A stretch of 64,000 nucleotides of DNA from a plasmid. Location: sequence record OW967251.1. One strand, written 5' to 3'. A program made the translations under genes and the position numbers. The notes below the pieces were generated by a model. That model searched no databases. It saw only the letters and a program-made list of their open reading frames with translations, and was not told where the DNA came from. Shown piece after piece: positions 15,027 through 24,427 of this stretch (the first letter of the stretch is position 1; each line of letters opens with the position of its first letter).

Positions 15027-15932
15027 ATGACCGTAGTCACGACCGCCGATACCTCCCAACTGTACGCACTTGCAGCCCGACATGGGCTCAAGCTCCATGG
15101 CCCGCTGACTGTCAATGAGCTTGGGCTCGACTATAGGATCGTGATCGCCACCGTCGACGATGGACGTCGGTGGGTGCTGCGCATCCCGCGCCGAGCCGAG
15201 GTAAGCGCGAAGGTCGAACCAGAGGCGCGGGTGCTGGCAATGCTCAAGAATCGCCTGCCGTTCGCGGTGCCGGACTGGCGCGTGGCCAACGCCGAGCTCG
15301 TTGCCTATCCCATGCTCGAAGACTCGACTGCGATGGTCATCCAGCCTGGTTCGTCCACGCCCGACTGGGTCGTGCCGCAGGACTCGGAGGTCTTCGCGGA
15401 GAGCTTCGCGACCGCGCTCGCCGCCCTGCATGCCGTCCCCATTTCCGCCGCCGTGGATGCGGGGATGCTCATCCGTACACCGACGCAGGCCCGTCAGAAG
15501 GTGGCCGACGACGTTGACCGCGTCCGACGCGAGTTCGTGGTGAACGACAAGCGCCTCCACCGGTGGCAGCGCTGGCTCGACGACGATTCGTCGTGGCCAG
15601 ATTTCTCCGTGGTGGTGCATGGCGATCTCTACGTGGGCCATGTGCTCATCGACAACACGGAGCGCGTCAGCGGGATGATCGACTGGAGCGAGGCCCGCGT
15701 TGATGACCCTGCCATCGACATGGCCGCGCACCTTATGGTCTTTGGTGAAGAGGGGCTCGCGAAGCTCCTCCTCACGTATGAAGCGGCCGGTGGCCGGGTG
15801 TGGCCGCGGCTCGCCCACCACATCGCGGAGCGCCTTGCGTTCGGGGCGGTCACCTACGCACTCTTCGCCCTCGACTCGGGTAACGAAGAGTACCTCGCTG
15901 CGGCGAAGGCGCAGCTCGCCGCAGCGGAATGA
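15027..15932 (+). CDS. mph(A): macrolide 2'-phosphotransferase Mph(A)
   Basis: MTVVTTADTSQLYALAARHGLKLHGPLTVNELGLDYRIVIATVDDGRRWVLRIPRR... 301 aa. Confidence 0.95.
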   Translation: MTVVTTADTSQLYALAARHGLKLHGPLTVNELGLDYRIVIATVDDGRRWVLRIPRRAEVSAKVEPEARVLAMLKNRLPFAVPDWRVANAELVAYPMLEDSTAMVIQPGSSTPDWVVPQDSEVFAESFATALAALHAVPISAAVDAGMLIRTPTQARQKVADDVDRVRREFVVNDKRLHRWQRWLDDDSSWPDFSVVVHGDLYVGHVLIDNTERVSGMIDWSEARVDDPAIDMAAHLMVFGEEGLAKLLLTYEAAGGRVWPRLAHHIAERLAFGAVTYALFALDSGNEEYLAAAKAQLAAAE

Positions 15933-17167
15933 GCGAACGTCGATATAGCCCGCTCGCGACGCTGTTCGCGGCGACCTTTCTCTTCCGGATCGGCAACGCG
16001 GTGGCGGCCCTCGCGCTTCCATGGTTCGTCCTGTCTCATACAAAGAGCGCGGCCTGGGCGGGCGCCACGGCCGCTAGCAGCGTCATCGCGACCATCATCG
16101 GCGCGTGGGTTGGTGGTGGCCTCGTCGATCGGTTCGGGCGCGCGCCCGTCGCATTGATCTCGGGTGTGGTGGGCGGCGTGGCCATGGCGAGCATCCCACT
16201 GCTCGATGCCGTTGGCGCCCTCTCGAACACTGGGCTGATCGCTTGCGTGGTGCTCGGTGCCGCGTTCGACGCACCCGGTATGGCCGCGCAGGACAGTGAG
16301 CTGCCCAAACTCGGCCACGTCGCCGGGCTCTCCGTTGAGCGCGTCTCGTCACTGAAAGCGGTGATCGGGAACGTCGCGATTCTAGGTGGCCCGGCCCTTG
16401 GGGGGGCCGCAATCGGCCTGCTTGGCGCTGCGCCAACGCTCGGGCTGACGGCGTTCTGCTCCGTCCTTGCAGGTCTGCTCGGCGCGTGGGTGCTTCCCGC
16501 GCGTGCCGCTCGGACGATGACCACGACGGCGACTCTCTCCATGCGCGCCGGCGTCGCTTTTCTCTGGAGCGAACCCCTGCTGCGCCCTCTCTTTGGTATA
16601 GTGATGATCTTCGTGGGCATCGTTGGCGCCAACGGCAGCGTCATCATGCCTGCGCTGTTTGTAGATGCAGGACGCCAAGTAGCAGAGCTCGGGCTGTTCT
16701 CCTCAATGATGGGGGCTGGTGGTCTCCTTGGCATTGCCATTCATGCGTCGGTCGGCGCCCGGATATCAGCGCAGAACTGGCTGGCGGTGGCATTTTGTGG
16801 CTCTGCGGTGGGCTCGCTTCTGCTTTCACAGTTGCCAGGCGTGCCGGTGCTGATGTTGTTGGGCGCGCTCGTGGGACTGCTGACCGGCTCAGTCTCTCCC
16901 ATTCTCAACGCTGCCATCTACAACCGCACGCCGCCAGAACTTCTCGGCCGGGTACTCGGCACGGTCTCGGCGGTGATGCTGTCAGCCTCGCCCATGGTTA
17001 TGCTTGCGGCCGGCGCGTTTGTCGACCTTGCTGGTCCGCTCCCTGGCCTCGTTGTATCGGCCGTGTTTGCGGGGCTCGTGGCTCTACTCTCGCTCCGTCT
17101 TCAATTTGCTACAATGGCGGCGGCAGCCACAGCCTCCGCCCCAACCCATACAGAAGGTGAACACTGA
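15929..17167 (+). CDS. mrx(A): Mrx(A) MFS-type membrane protein of the mph(A) operon
   Basis: 412-aa polytopic membrane protein immediately downstream of mph(A) with 4-nt overlap. Confidence 0.9.
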   Translation: MSERRYSPLATLFAATFLFRIGNAVAALALPWFVLSHTKSAAWAGATAASSVIATIIGAWVGGGLVDRFGRAPVALISGVVGGVAMASIPLLDAVGALSNTGLIACVVLGAAFDAPGMAAQDSELPKLGHVAGLSVERVSSLKAVIGNVAILGGPALGGAAIGLLGAAPTLGLTAFCSVLAGLLGAWVLPARAARTMTTTATLSMRAGVAFLWSEPLLRPLFGIVMIFVGIVGANGSVIMPALFVDAGRQVAELGLFSSMMGAGGLLGIAIHASVGARISAQNWLAVAFCGSAVGSLLLSQLPGVPVLMLLGALVGLLTGSVSPILNAAIYNRTPPELLGRVLGTVSAVMLSASPMVMLAAGAFVDLAGPLPGLVVSAVFAGLVALLSLRLQFATMAAAATASAPTHTEGEH

Positions 17168-17751
17168 TGCCCCGCCCCAAGCTCAAGTCCGATGACGAGG
17201 TACTCGAGGCCGCCACCGTAGTGCTGAAGCGTTGCGGTCCCATAGAGTTCACGCTCAGCGGAGTAGCAAAGGAGGTGGGGCTCTCCCGCGCAGCGTTAAT
17301 CCAGCGCTTCACCAACCGCGATACGCTGCTGGTGAGGATGATGGAGCGCGGCGTCGAGCAGGTGCGGCATTACCTGAATGCGATACCGATAGGCGCAGGG
17401 CCGCAAGGGCTCTGGGAATTTTTGCAGGTGCTCGTTCGGAGCATGAACACTCGCAACGACTTCTCGGTGAACTATCTCATCTCCTGGTACGAGCTCCAGG
17501 TGCCGGAGCTACGCACGCTTGCGATCCAGCGGAACCGCGCGGTGGTGGAGGGGATCCGCAAGCGACTGCCCCCAGGTGCTCCTGCGGCAGCTGAGTTGCT
17601 CCTGCACTCGGTCATCGCTGGCGCGACGATGCAGTGGGCCGTCGATCCGGATGGTGAGCTAGCTGATCATGTGCTGGCTCAGATCGCTGCCATCCTGTGT
17701 TTAATGTTTCCCGAACACGACGATTTCCAACTCCTCCAGGCACATGCGTAA
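17167..17751 (+). CDS. mphR(A): TetR-family repressor MphR(A)
   Basis: MPRPKLKSDDEVLEAATVVLKRCGPIEFTLSGVAKEVGLSRAALIQRFTNRDTLLVRMM... 194 aa. Confidence 0.9.
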   Translation: MPRPKLKSDDEVLEAATVVLKRCGPIEFTLSGVAKEVGLSRAALIQRFTNRDTLLVRMMERGVEQVRHYLNAIPIGAGPQGLWEFLQVLVRSMNTRNDFSVNYLISWYELQVPELRTLAIQRNRAVVEGIRKRLPPGAPAAAELLLHSVIAGATMQWAVDPDGELADHVLAQIAAILCLMFPEHDDFQLLQAHA

Positions 17752-18188
17752 ACGGAGGTGTGCAGAGTCCCTGCGGCAGGCGACGAACACGACCGTCGTC
17801 GATTAGTACCGGTACGGTCGGTGGTATCGAAGTCTTGATCACCACTCAGGTCTACGGCTTACAAATGGTGACCATCCCGATACTTGCGTCAGAGCACCGG
17901 GCCGATTCTTTGACAGTGAATCACTCCCGTAAGGTTGTGCCGGTGTGGGTGTCCCGGGTCGAGACGATACTCCGCCAATGCGCCCAGCAAACAACCTGGC
18001 CATCGCAGGTGGTGGGGAGCGGTGTGGCGGATGAGTTGGACAAGTTGGTGTAGCAGCACGAGCACGGCGAGATAACATCGCAGGAGTTCGACATGCTCAA
18101 GAGACAGCTGATTGCGAATCGCGATGCAGATTCATAACCCGATTGCGGGTTGGCTTCACTCCACCATCACCGAGCAGACTAGCACGGC

Positions 18189-19069
18189 GGGCTCTGTTGC
18201 AAAGATTGGCGGCAGTCAGAGGTAGGCTGTCGCTCTGCGCCGATCAGGCGGCTGCTGCGAAATGGTGGTTGAGCATGCCCATGGCCTCCGTCAGCGCCGA
18301 GGGCCCAATGCCAAAAGCTCTCTCCACAAGGCGCACCTCGCCCCTGATGCCGGGCTGCAGGCACCAGGGGCGAGCCTGTCCTTTGCGCAGGGCTCGCATG
18401 ACTTCGAATCCCTTGATCGTGGCATAGGCCGTGGGGATCGATTTGAAACCGCGCACCGGCTTGATCAGTATCTTGAGCTTTCCGTGATCGGCCTCGATCA
18501 CGTTATTGAGATACTTCACCTGCCGGTGGGCCGTCTCCCGGTCCAGCTTTCCTTCGCGCTTCAATTCGGTGATCGCTGCACCATAGCTCGGCGCTTTGTC
18601 GGTATTGAGCGTGGCAGGCTTTTCCCAGTGCTTCAGGCCTCGCAGGGCCTTGCCCAGGAACCGCTTCGCTGCCTTGGCGCTGCGGGTCGGCGACAGGTAG
18701 AAATCGATCGTGTCGCCCCGCTTGTCGACTGCCCGGTACAGGTAGGTCCACTTGCCCCGCACCTTGACGTAGGTTTCATCCAGGCGCCAGCTCGGATCAA
18801 AGCCACGCCGCCAGAACCAGCGCAGCCGCTTCTCCATCTCCGGGGCGTAGCACTGGACCCAGCGATAGATCGTCGTATGGTCGACCGAAATGCCGCGTTC
18901 CGCCAGCATTTCCTCAAGGTCGCGATAGCTGATCGGATAGCGACAATACCAGCGCACCGCCCACAGGATCACATCACCCTGGAAATGGCGCCACTTGAAA
19001 TCCGTCATCGTTCCGTCCGTCCAATCTCCGCCAAGCATGCTCAAGCTTCACGATTTTTGCAACAGAGCC
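18189..19069 (-). mobile_element. IS6100 (IS6 family)
   Basis: terminal repeats ggctctgttgcaaa (18189) and tttgcaacagagcc (ending 19069). Confidence 0.9.
18244..19008 (-). CDS. IS6100 transposase (254 aa from MTDFKW)
   Basis: MTDFKWRHFQGDVILWAVRWYCRYPISYRDLEEMLAERGISVDHTTIYRWVQCYAPEME... Confidence 0.9.
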   Translation of the reverse strand: MTDFKWRHFQGDVILWAVRWYCRYPISYRDLEEMLAERGISVDHTTIYRWVQCYAPEMEKRLRWFWRRGFDPSWRLDETYVKVRGKWTYLYRAVDKRGDTIDFYLSPTRSAKAAKRFLGKALRGLKHWEKPATLNTDKAPSYGAAITELKREGKLDRETAHRQVKYLNNVIEADHGKLKILIKPVRGFKSIPTAYATIKGFEVMRALRKGQARPWCLQPGIRGEVRLVERAFGIGPSALTEAMGMLNHHFAAAA

Positions 19070-19234
19070 CACACGAGTATTGAGCATAGTCGAGATTGGT
19101 GCAGATCACTTCTGATATTGAACTGTCAGGAGCTGGCTGCACAACAGCCATTACGCCCAATCAACTGGTGCAGTCGTCTTCTGAAAATGACAATCCAGTT
19201 AGGGTATAGCTCAACCTGACATAGAAGCAAAAAC

Positions 19235-19540
19235 TCAACCACCTTCTACCAACTCTCCGAACAGCTCCTTGACCTTTGTTTTCGCATCAGCAAGTGCAGT
19301 TCTGCCTTGTTCAGTGATGTCATAAACACGCCGTTCACGTCGCCCGGTGCGTTCGTGGCGTGAGGTCAGATAGCCTTTTTTTTCCAGGCCGTGCAGCATC
19401 GGGTACACGGTGCCAGCGCTCATCTCGTAGCCGTGTCGGCGTAGCTCTTCGATGATCCCCAGCCCAAAGACAGGTTCCTCGGCTGCATGGTGAAGGATGT
19501 GCAGGCGGATCAAACCGCCGTAGAGGTCTTTGTCAGTCAT
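19235..19540 (-). CDS. padR: PadR-family transcriptional regulator
   Basis: 101-aa winged-helix protein (…GTVYPMLHGLEKKGYLTS…) directly downstream of chrA. Confidence 0.85.
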   Translation of the reverse strand: MTDKDLYGGLIRLHILHHAAEEPVFGLGIIEELRRHGYEMSAGTVYPMLHGLEKKGYLTSRHERTGRRERRVYDITEQGRTALADAKTKVKELFGELVEGG

Positions 19541-19550
19541 TTTTTGTGCC

Positions 19551-20756
19551 TCACAGAGCGACGCTCAACAGCCACCCAGCTGCACCGCTACCGAGGACAA
19601 CCAGCCACGGCGGGAGCTTCCAGAACATAAGTGCGACAAGGGCAACTAATGCCAAGCCAAAGTCTTGCGGCTGAAAGATGGCGCTAGTCCATACAGGCTG
19701 ATACAGCGCGGCCAGCAGCAAGCCGACTACAGCGGCATTGATCCCGGCCAGCGCAGCTTGGATGCCTGTATTGCGGCGCAAACGCTCCCAAAATGGCATT
19801 GATCCGACGACCAGCAAGAACGAGGGCGCGAAGATAGCCAGCAGACACACAATGCCGCCGATCCAGCCCGACGGGGCGGTGTTCATCGAGGCACCAAGAA
19901 ACGCGGCGAACGTGAACAAAGGGCCGGGCACCGCTTGAGCTGCCCCGTACCCCGCGAGAAAGGATTCATTGTTGACCCAGCCGGAGGGCACCACTTCGGC
20001 TTGCAGTAATGGCAGCACAACGTGACCACCGCCGAACACCAGTGATCCGACACGATAGAAGGAATCCACCATTGCCATGGTTTGACTTGGCATCAGTTCG
20101 GCCAACACCGGCAGGCCAATCAGCAAGACAAAGAACAGCGAGAGCCAAAGCACGCCGGCCCGGTGACTGACCGTGATAGGTAGGGGGTCATGCTCAACAA
20201 CTTTCGCTGGCTTGAACAATAACCGGCCTGCGATGCCTGCGATAGCAATCACGCCAACCTGTCCCCACGCGGACGGCACAAGTAAAACGACGCAGGTAGC
20301 AATTGCCATGATGGTGACTCGCAGCCCATCCGTGCATAGGTTACGCGCCATGCCCCATACTGCTTGAGCGACCACGGCCACAGCCACCACTTTTAAGCCA
20401 TGCAACGCGCCCTGCGAGACGTAATCGCCATAGCTGGAGATGCCGAGCGCAAAAAGGATCAAGGCTATGGCAGACGGCAGCGTGAAGCCAGCCCAAGCAG
20501 CCAGCGCCCCGCTGTATCCAGCCCGAGACAGTCCTACCGCTATGCCGACCTGGCTGCTTGCAGGCCCTGGCAAGAACTGACAAAGCGCGACCAAGTCAGC
20601 ATAGCTCCGTTCGGAGAGCCAGCGCCGCCGTGTGACAAATTCGGCGCGGAAGTAGCCCAAGTGCGCAATGGGGCCGCCAAAAGATGTCAATCCAAGCCGC
20701 AGAAAAATAAGAAAGACCGACCATGGTCTGCTGTCATCGGTAGGGTTATTCGTCAT
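19551..20756 (-). CDS. chrA: chromate ion transporter ChrA
   Basis: 401-aa CHR-family membrane protein with duplicated halves. Confidence 0.9.
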   Translation of the reverse strand: MTNNPTDDSRPWSVFLIFLRLGLTSFGGPIAHLGYFRAEFVTRRRWLSERSYADLVALCQFLPGPASSQVGIAVGLSRAGYSGALAAWAGFTLPSAIALILFALGISSYGDYVSQGALHGLKVVAVAVVAQAVWGMARNLCTDGLRVTIMAIATCVVLLVPSAWGQVGVIAIAGIAGRLLFKPAKVVEHDPLPITVSHRAGVLWLSLFFVLLIGLPVLAELMPSQTMAMVDSFYRVGSLVFGGGHVVLPLLQAEVVPSGWVNNESFLAGYGAAQAVPGPLFTFAAFLGASMNTAPSGWIGGIVCLLAIFAPSFLLVVGSMPFWERLRRNTGIQAALAGINAAVVGLLLAALYQPVWTSAIFQPQDFGLALVALVALMFWKLPPWLVVLGSGAAGWLLSVAL

Positions 20757-20900
20757 ACTTTCGCCTTCATGATCTGCAACGAGTTGATCAATAATAAGCG
20801 AAATTCGATAACGAAATTCGATATAAATCTAGAAAAAAATACCTCTATGTGTACTACGCAGTTTTAGCTGTGGCTTTCACAGGAGCACGCTTACTTACGG

Positions 20901-20938
20901 CTTAGCGTGCTTTATTTTCCGTTTTCTGAGGCGATCCC
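20901..20938 (+). repeat. 38-bp Tn21-family-type terminal IR (36/38 identical to IRtnp at 29645), marking the end of the chrA-padR module; outer end at 20938
   Basis: cttagcgtgctttattttccgttttctgaggcgatccc vs cttagcgtgctttattttccgttttctgagacgacccc. Confidence 0.75.
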
Positions 20939-21115
20939 TAGGAGCTCGGATCTCAGGACGAAGGTCTCCGCGAATGTCCGGTCGATCCGCGCGACGTCCC
21001 AGGCGGGCGTTCCCTTGGCGGACATCCACGCCGCAGCGTCGTGCATCAGCCGCACAACCTCGTCGATATCACCCGAGCAGGCGACCCGAACGTTCGGAGG
21101 CTCCTCGCTGTCCAT
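20939..21115 (-). pseudogene. orf5: 3'-conserved-segment orf5 (GNAT-type) N-terminal remnant, truncated by the IR at 20938
   Basis: MDSEEPPNVRVACSGDIDEVVRLMHDAAAWMSAKGTPAWDVARIDRTF... then reads into IR sequence. Confidence 0.6.
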
Positions 21116-21242
21116 TCGCTCCCCTGGCGCGGTATGAACCGCCGCCTCATAGTGCAGTTTGATCCTGACGAGCCCAGCATGTCTGCGCCCACCTTCGCGG
21201 AACCTGACCAGGGTCCGCTAGCGGGCGGCCGGAAGGTGAATG

Positions 21243-22082
21243 CTAGGCATGATCTAACCCTCGGTCTCTGGCGTCGCGACTGCGAAATTTCGCGAGGGTT
21301 TCCGAGAAGGTGATTGCGCTTCGCAGATCTCCAGGCGCGTGGGTGCGGACGTAGTCAGCGCCATTGCCGATCGCGTGAAGTTCCGCCGCAAGGCTCGCTG
21401 GACCCAGATCCTTTACAGGAAGGCCAACGGTGGCGCCCAAGAAGGATTTCCGCGACACCGAGACCAATAGCGGAAGCCCCAACGCCGACTTCAGCTTTTG
21501 AAGGTTCGACAGCACGTGCAGCGATGTTTCCGGTGCGGGGCTCAAGAAAAATCCCATCCCCGGATCGAGGATGAGCCGGTCGGCAGCGACCCCGCTCCGT
21601 CGCAAGGCGGAAACCCGCGCCTCGAAGAACCGCACAATCTCGTCGAGCGCGTCTTCGGGTCGAAGGTGACCGGTGCGGGTGGCGATGCCATCCCGCTGCG
21701 CTGAGTGCATAACCACCAGCCTGCAGTCCGCCTCAGCAATATCGGGATAGAGCGCAGGGTCAGGAAATCCTTGGATATCGTTCAGGTAGCCCACGCCGCG
21801 CTTGAGCGCATAGCGCTGGGTTTCCGGTTGGAAGCTGTCGATTGAAACACGGTGCATCTGATCGGACAGGGCGTCTAAGAGCGGCGCAATACGTCTGATC
21901 TCATCGGCCGGCGATACAGGCCTCGCGTCCGGATGGCTGGCGGCCGGTCCGACATCCACGACGTCTGATCCGACTCGCAGCATTTCGATCGCCGCGGTGA
22001 CAGCGCCGGCGGGGTCTAGCCGCCGGCTCTCATCGAAGAAGGAGTCCTCGGTGAGATTCAGAATGCCGAACACCGTCACCAT
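21243..22082 (-). CDS. sul1: sulfonamide-resistant dihydropteroate synthase Sul1
   Basis: [56 protein letters not shown]... 279 aa (ORF call extended upstream). Confidence 0.95.
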   Translation of the reverse strand: MVTVFGILNLTEDSFFDESRRLDPAGAVTAAIEMLRVGSDVVDVGPAASHPDARPVSPADEIRRIAPLLDALSDQMHRVSIDSFQPETQRYALKRGVGYLNDIQGFPDPALYPDIAEADCRLVVMHSAQRDGIATRTGHLRPEDALDEIVRFFEARVSALRRSGVAADRLILDPGMGFFLSPAPETSLHVLSNLQKLKSALGLPLLVSVSRKSFLGATVGLPVKDLGPASLAAELHAIGNGADYVRTHAPGDLRSAITFSETLAKFRSRDARDRGLDHA

Positions 22083-22423
22083 GGCGTCGGCCTCCGCAGC
22101 GACTTCCACGATGGGGATCGGGCGAGCAAAAAGGCAGCAATTATGAGCCCCATACCTACAAAGCCCCACGCATCAAGCTTTTGCCCATGAAGCAACCAGG
22201 CAATGGCTGTAATTATGACGACGCCGAGTCCCGACCAGACTGCATAAGCAACACCGACAGGGATGGATTTCAGAACCAGAGAAAGAAAATAAAATGCGAT
22301 GCCATAACCGATTATGACAACGGCGGAAGGGGCAAGCTTAGTAAAGCCCTCGCTAGATTTTAATGCGGATGTTGCGATTACTTCGCCAACTATTGCGATA
22401 ACAAGAAAAAGCCAGCCTTTCAT
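22076..22423 (-). CDS. qacEdelta1: QacEdelta1 SMR efflux protein
   Basis: [115 protein letters not shown]. Confidence 0.9.
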   Translation of the reverse strand: MKGWLFLVIAIVGEVIATSALKSSEGFTKLAPSAVVIIGYGIAFYFLSLVLKSIPVGVAYAVWSGLGVVIITAIAWLLHGQKLDAWGFVGMGLIIAAFLLARSPSWKSLRRPTPW

Positions 22424-22525
22424 GATATATCTCCCAATTTGTGTAGGGCTTATTATGCACGCTTAAAAATAATAAAAGCAGACTTGACCTGATAGTTTGG
22501 CTGTGAGCAATTATGTGCTTAGTGC

Positions 22526-22585
22526 ATCTAACGCCGGAGTTAAGCCGCCGCGCGTAGCGCGGTCGGCTTGAACGAATTGTTAGAC
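22526..22585 (-). other. attC recombination site of the aadA2 cassette (60 bp imperfect palindrome)
   Basis: gtctaacaattcgttcaagccgaccgcgctacgcgcggcggcttaactccggcgttagat on the cassette strand. Confidence 0.7.
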
Positions 22586-22586
22586 A

Positions 22587-23378
22587 TCATTTACCAACTG
22601 ACTTGATGATCTCGCCTTTCACAAAGCGAATAAATTCTTCCAAGTGATCTGCGCGTGAGGCCAAGTGATCTTCTTTTTGTCCCAGATAAGCTTGCTTAGC
22701 TTCAAGTAAGACGGGCTGATACTGGGCAGGTAGGCGTTTTATTGCCCAGTCGGCAGCGACATCCTTCGGCGCGATTTTGCCGGTTATTGCGCTGTACCAA
22801 ATGCGGGACAACGTAAGCACTACATTTCGCTCATCGCCGGCCCAGTCGGGCTGCGAGTTCCATAGCTTCAAGGTTTCCCTCAGCGCCTCGAATAGATCCT
22901 GTTCAGGAACCGGGTCAAAGAATTCCTCCGCTGCCGGACCTACCAAGGCAACGCTATGTTCTCTTGCTTTTGTAAGCAGGATAGCTAGATCAATGTCGAT
23001 CATGGCTGGCTCGAAGATACCCGCAAGAATGTCATTGCGCTGCCATTCTCCAAATTGCAGCTCGCGCTTAGCCGGATAACGCCACGGGATGATGTCGTCA
23101 TGCACGACAAGGGTGACTTCTATAGCGCGGAGCGTCTCGCTCTCGCCAGGGAAAGCCGAAGCCTCCATAAGATCATTGAGCAATGCTCGCCGCGTCGTTT
23201 CATCAAGCTTTACGGCCACAGTAACCAACAAATCAATATCGCTGTATGGCTTCAGGCCGCCATCCACTGCGGAGCCGTACAAATGCACGGCCAGCAACGT
23301 TGATTCCAGATGGCGCTCAATGACGCTTAGCACCTCTGATAGTTGGTTCGAAATTTCGATGGTCACCGCTTCCCTCAT
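22587..23378 (-). CDS. aadA2: aminoglycoside (3'')(9) adenylyltransferase AadA2-type
   Basis: MREAVTIEISNQLSEVLSVIERHLESTLLAVHLYGSAVDGGLKPYSDIDLLVTVAVKLDETTRRALLNDLMEASAFPGESETLRAIEVTLVVHDDIIPWRYPAKRELQFGEWQRNDILAGIFEPAMIDIDLAILLTKAREHSVALVGPAAEEFFDPVPEQDLFEALRETLKLWNSQPDWAGDERNVVLTLSRIWYSAITGKIAPKDVAADWAIKRLPAQYQPVLLEAKQAYLGQKEDHLASRADHLEEFIRFVKGEIIKSVGK (263 aa). Confidence 0.9.
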   Translation of the reverse strand: MREAVTIEISNQLSEVLSVIERHLESTLLAVHLYGSAVDGGLKPYSDIDLLVTVAVKLDETTRRALLNDLMEASAFPGESETLRAIEVTLVVHDDIIPWRYPAKRELQFGEWQRNDILAGIFEPAMIDIDLAILLTKAREHSVALVGPAAEEFFDPVPEQDLFEALRETLKLWNSQPDWAGDERNVVLTLSRIWYSAITGKIAPKDVAADWAIKRLPAQYQPVLLEAKQAYLGQKEDHLASRADHLEEFIRFVKGEIIKSVGK

Positions 23379-23383
23379 GATGT

Positions 23384-23674
23384 CTAACGGGCGAGGTAAG
23401 CCGACCGCAGAATGCGGGTCGGCTTGACCGAAATGTTAGAACCAGAAGCCAAAACGGATAACTTGAATTTGGCGACGGGCGCTAACCGTGAAAAAACGCT
23501 GCGCCACCGAGGCGGCACAGCACTGCAAAAACGATAGCTGCTTGCGCTTGCTACGCAAGGGCTAGAGGCCAAAAAGACTGAAAACCTGCGCAGCCCATGC
23601 AGGCGAAGCCCGGAAAAAAGGCAAAACAGGCACTGAATAACGCCTGAAAAGCTAAATGCCGTTTGAATAAACAT
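23384..23674 (-). CDS. gcuF: gene cassette of unknown function between dfrA12 and aadA2 (orfF/gcuF type)
   Basis: 96-aa ORF in cassette orientation; array dfrA12-orfF-aadA2 is a well-known arrangement. Confidence 0.55.
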   Translation of the reverse strand: MFIQTAFSFSGVIQCLFCLFSGLRLHGLRRFSVFLASSPCVASASSYRFCSAVPPRWRSVFSRLAPVAKFKLSVLASGSNISVKPTRILRSAYLAR

Positions 23675-23785
23675 GAGCTAAATAAAGCTGGGTTTCAGTG
23701 GTGCTAACGTTGGACGTAACGAGAGCCGGAGCGCAGCGGAGGGAACCAAAATGCGCAGCATTTTGGCGTCCCGTTGACGGAATGG

Positions 23786-24283
23786 TTAGCCGTTTCGACG
23801 CGCATAAACGGAGTGGGTGTACGGAATTACAGCTTGAATGGTTTCGGTTGAGACAAGCTCGAATTCTGTTTCGTTGAGCATTGGGAAGAAGGCGTCACCC
23901 TCGAAGGTTTGATGTACCTCAGATAGAAACACGCCGTGGGCGTGAGGTAGTGCCAGAGTGTATATCTCAGCTCCGCCCGCGACGTAGAGTTCATTGCCGA
24001 GTTCGGATGCCAAAGCGATAGCGTGCGACAGCGTTGAAACAACTACGCAGCCAGTGGCGCGGTAGTTAGCTTGGCGTGAGATTACCAATGTGTGACGGTT
24101 CGGTAGAGGCTTGCCGATAGACTCAAAGGTCTTTCGCCCCATGACAACGACTTTTCCCTCAGTGAGTCTGCGAAAAATCTTCTGCTCACCCGGAATTTTC
24201 CAGGGGATATTAGGACCATTGCCAATAACCCGATTGGCTCCCATCGCAGCAACGAGATAAATGCGTACTGATTCCGAGTTCAT
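23786..24283 (-). CDS. dfrA12: trimethoprim-resistant dihydrofolate reductase DfrA12
   Basis: MNSESVRIYLVAAMGANRVIGNGPNIPWKIPGEQKIFRRLTEGKVVVMGRKTFESIGKPLPNRHTLVISRQANYRATGCVVVSTLSHAIALASELGNELYVAGGAEIYTLALPHAHGVFLSEVHQTFEGDAFFPMLNETEFELVSTETIQAVIPYTHSVYARRNG (165 aa). Confidence 0.9.
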   Translation of the reverse strand: MNSESVRIYLVAAMGANRVIGNGPNIPWKIPGEQKIFRRLTEGKVVVMGRKTFESIGKPLPNRHTLVISRQANYRATGCVVVSTLSHAIALASELGNELYVAGGAEIYTLALPHAHGVFLSEVHQTFEGDAFFPMLNETEFELVSTETIQAVIPYTHSVYARRNG

Positions 24284-24427
24284 ATGGCTAACTTTGTTTT
24301 AGGGCGACTGCCCTGCTGCGTAACATCGTTGCTGCTCCATAACATCAAACATCGACCCACGGCGTAACGCGCTTGCTGCTTGGATGCCCGAGGCATAGAC
24401 TGTACAAAAAAACAGTCATAACAAGCC

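Noticed and set aside
15006-16740. 345-aa and 234-aa ORFs on - strand
   Set aside because: Antisense to mph(A) and mrx in GC-rich DNA; low-complexity Arg/Pro-rich products.
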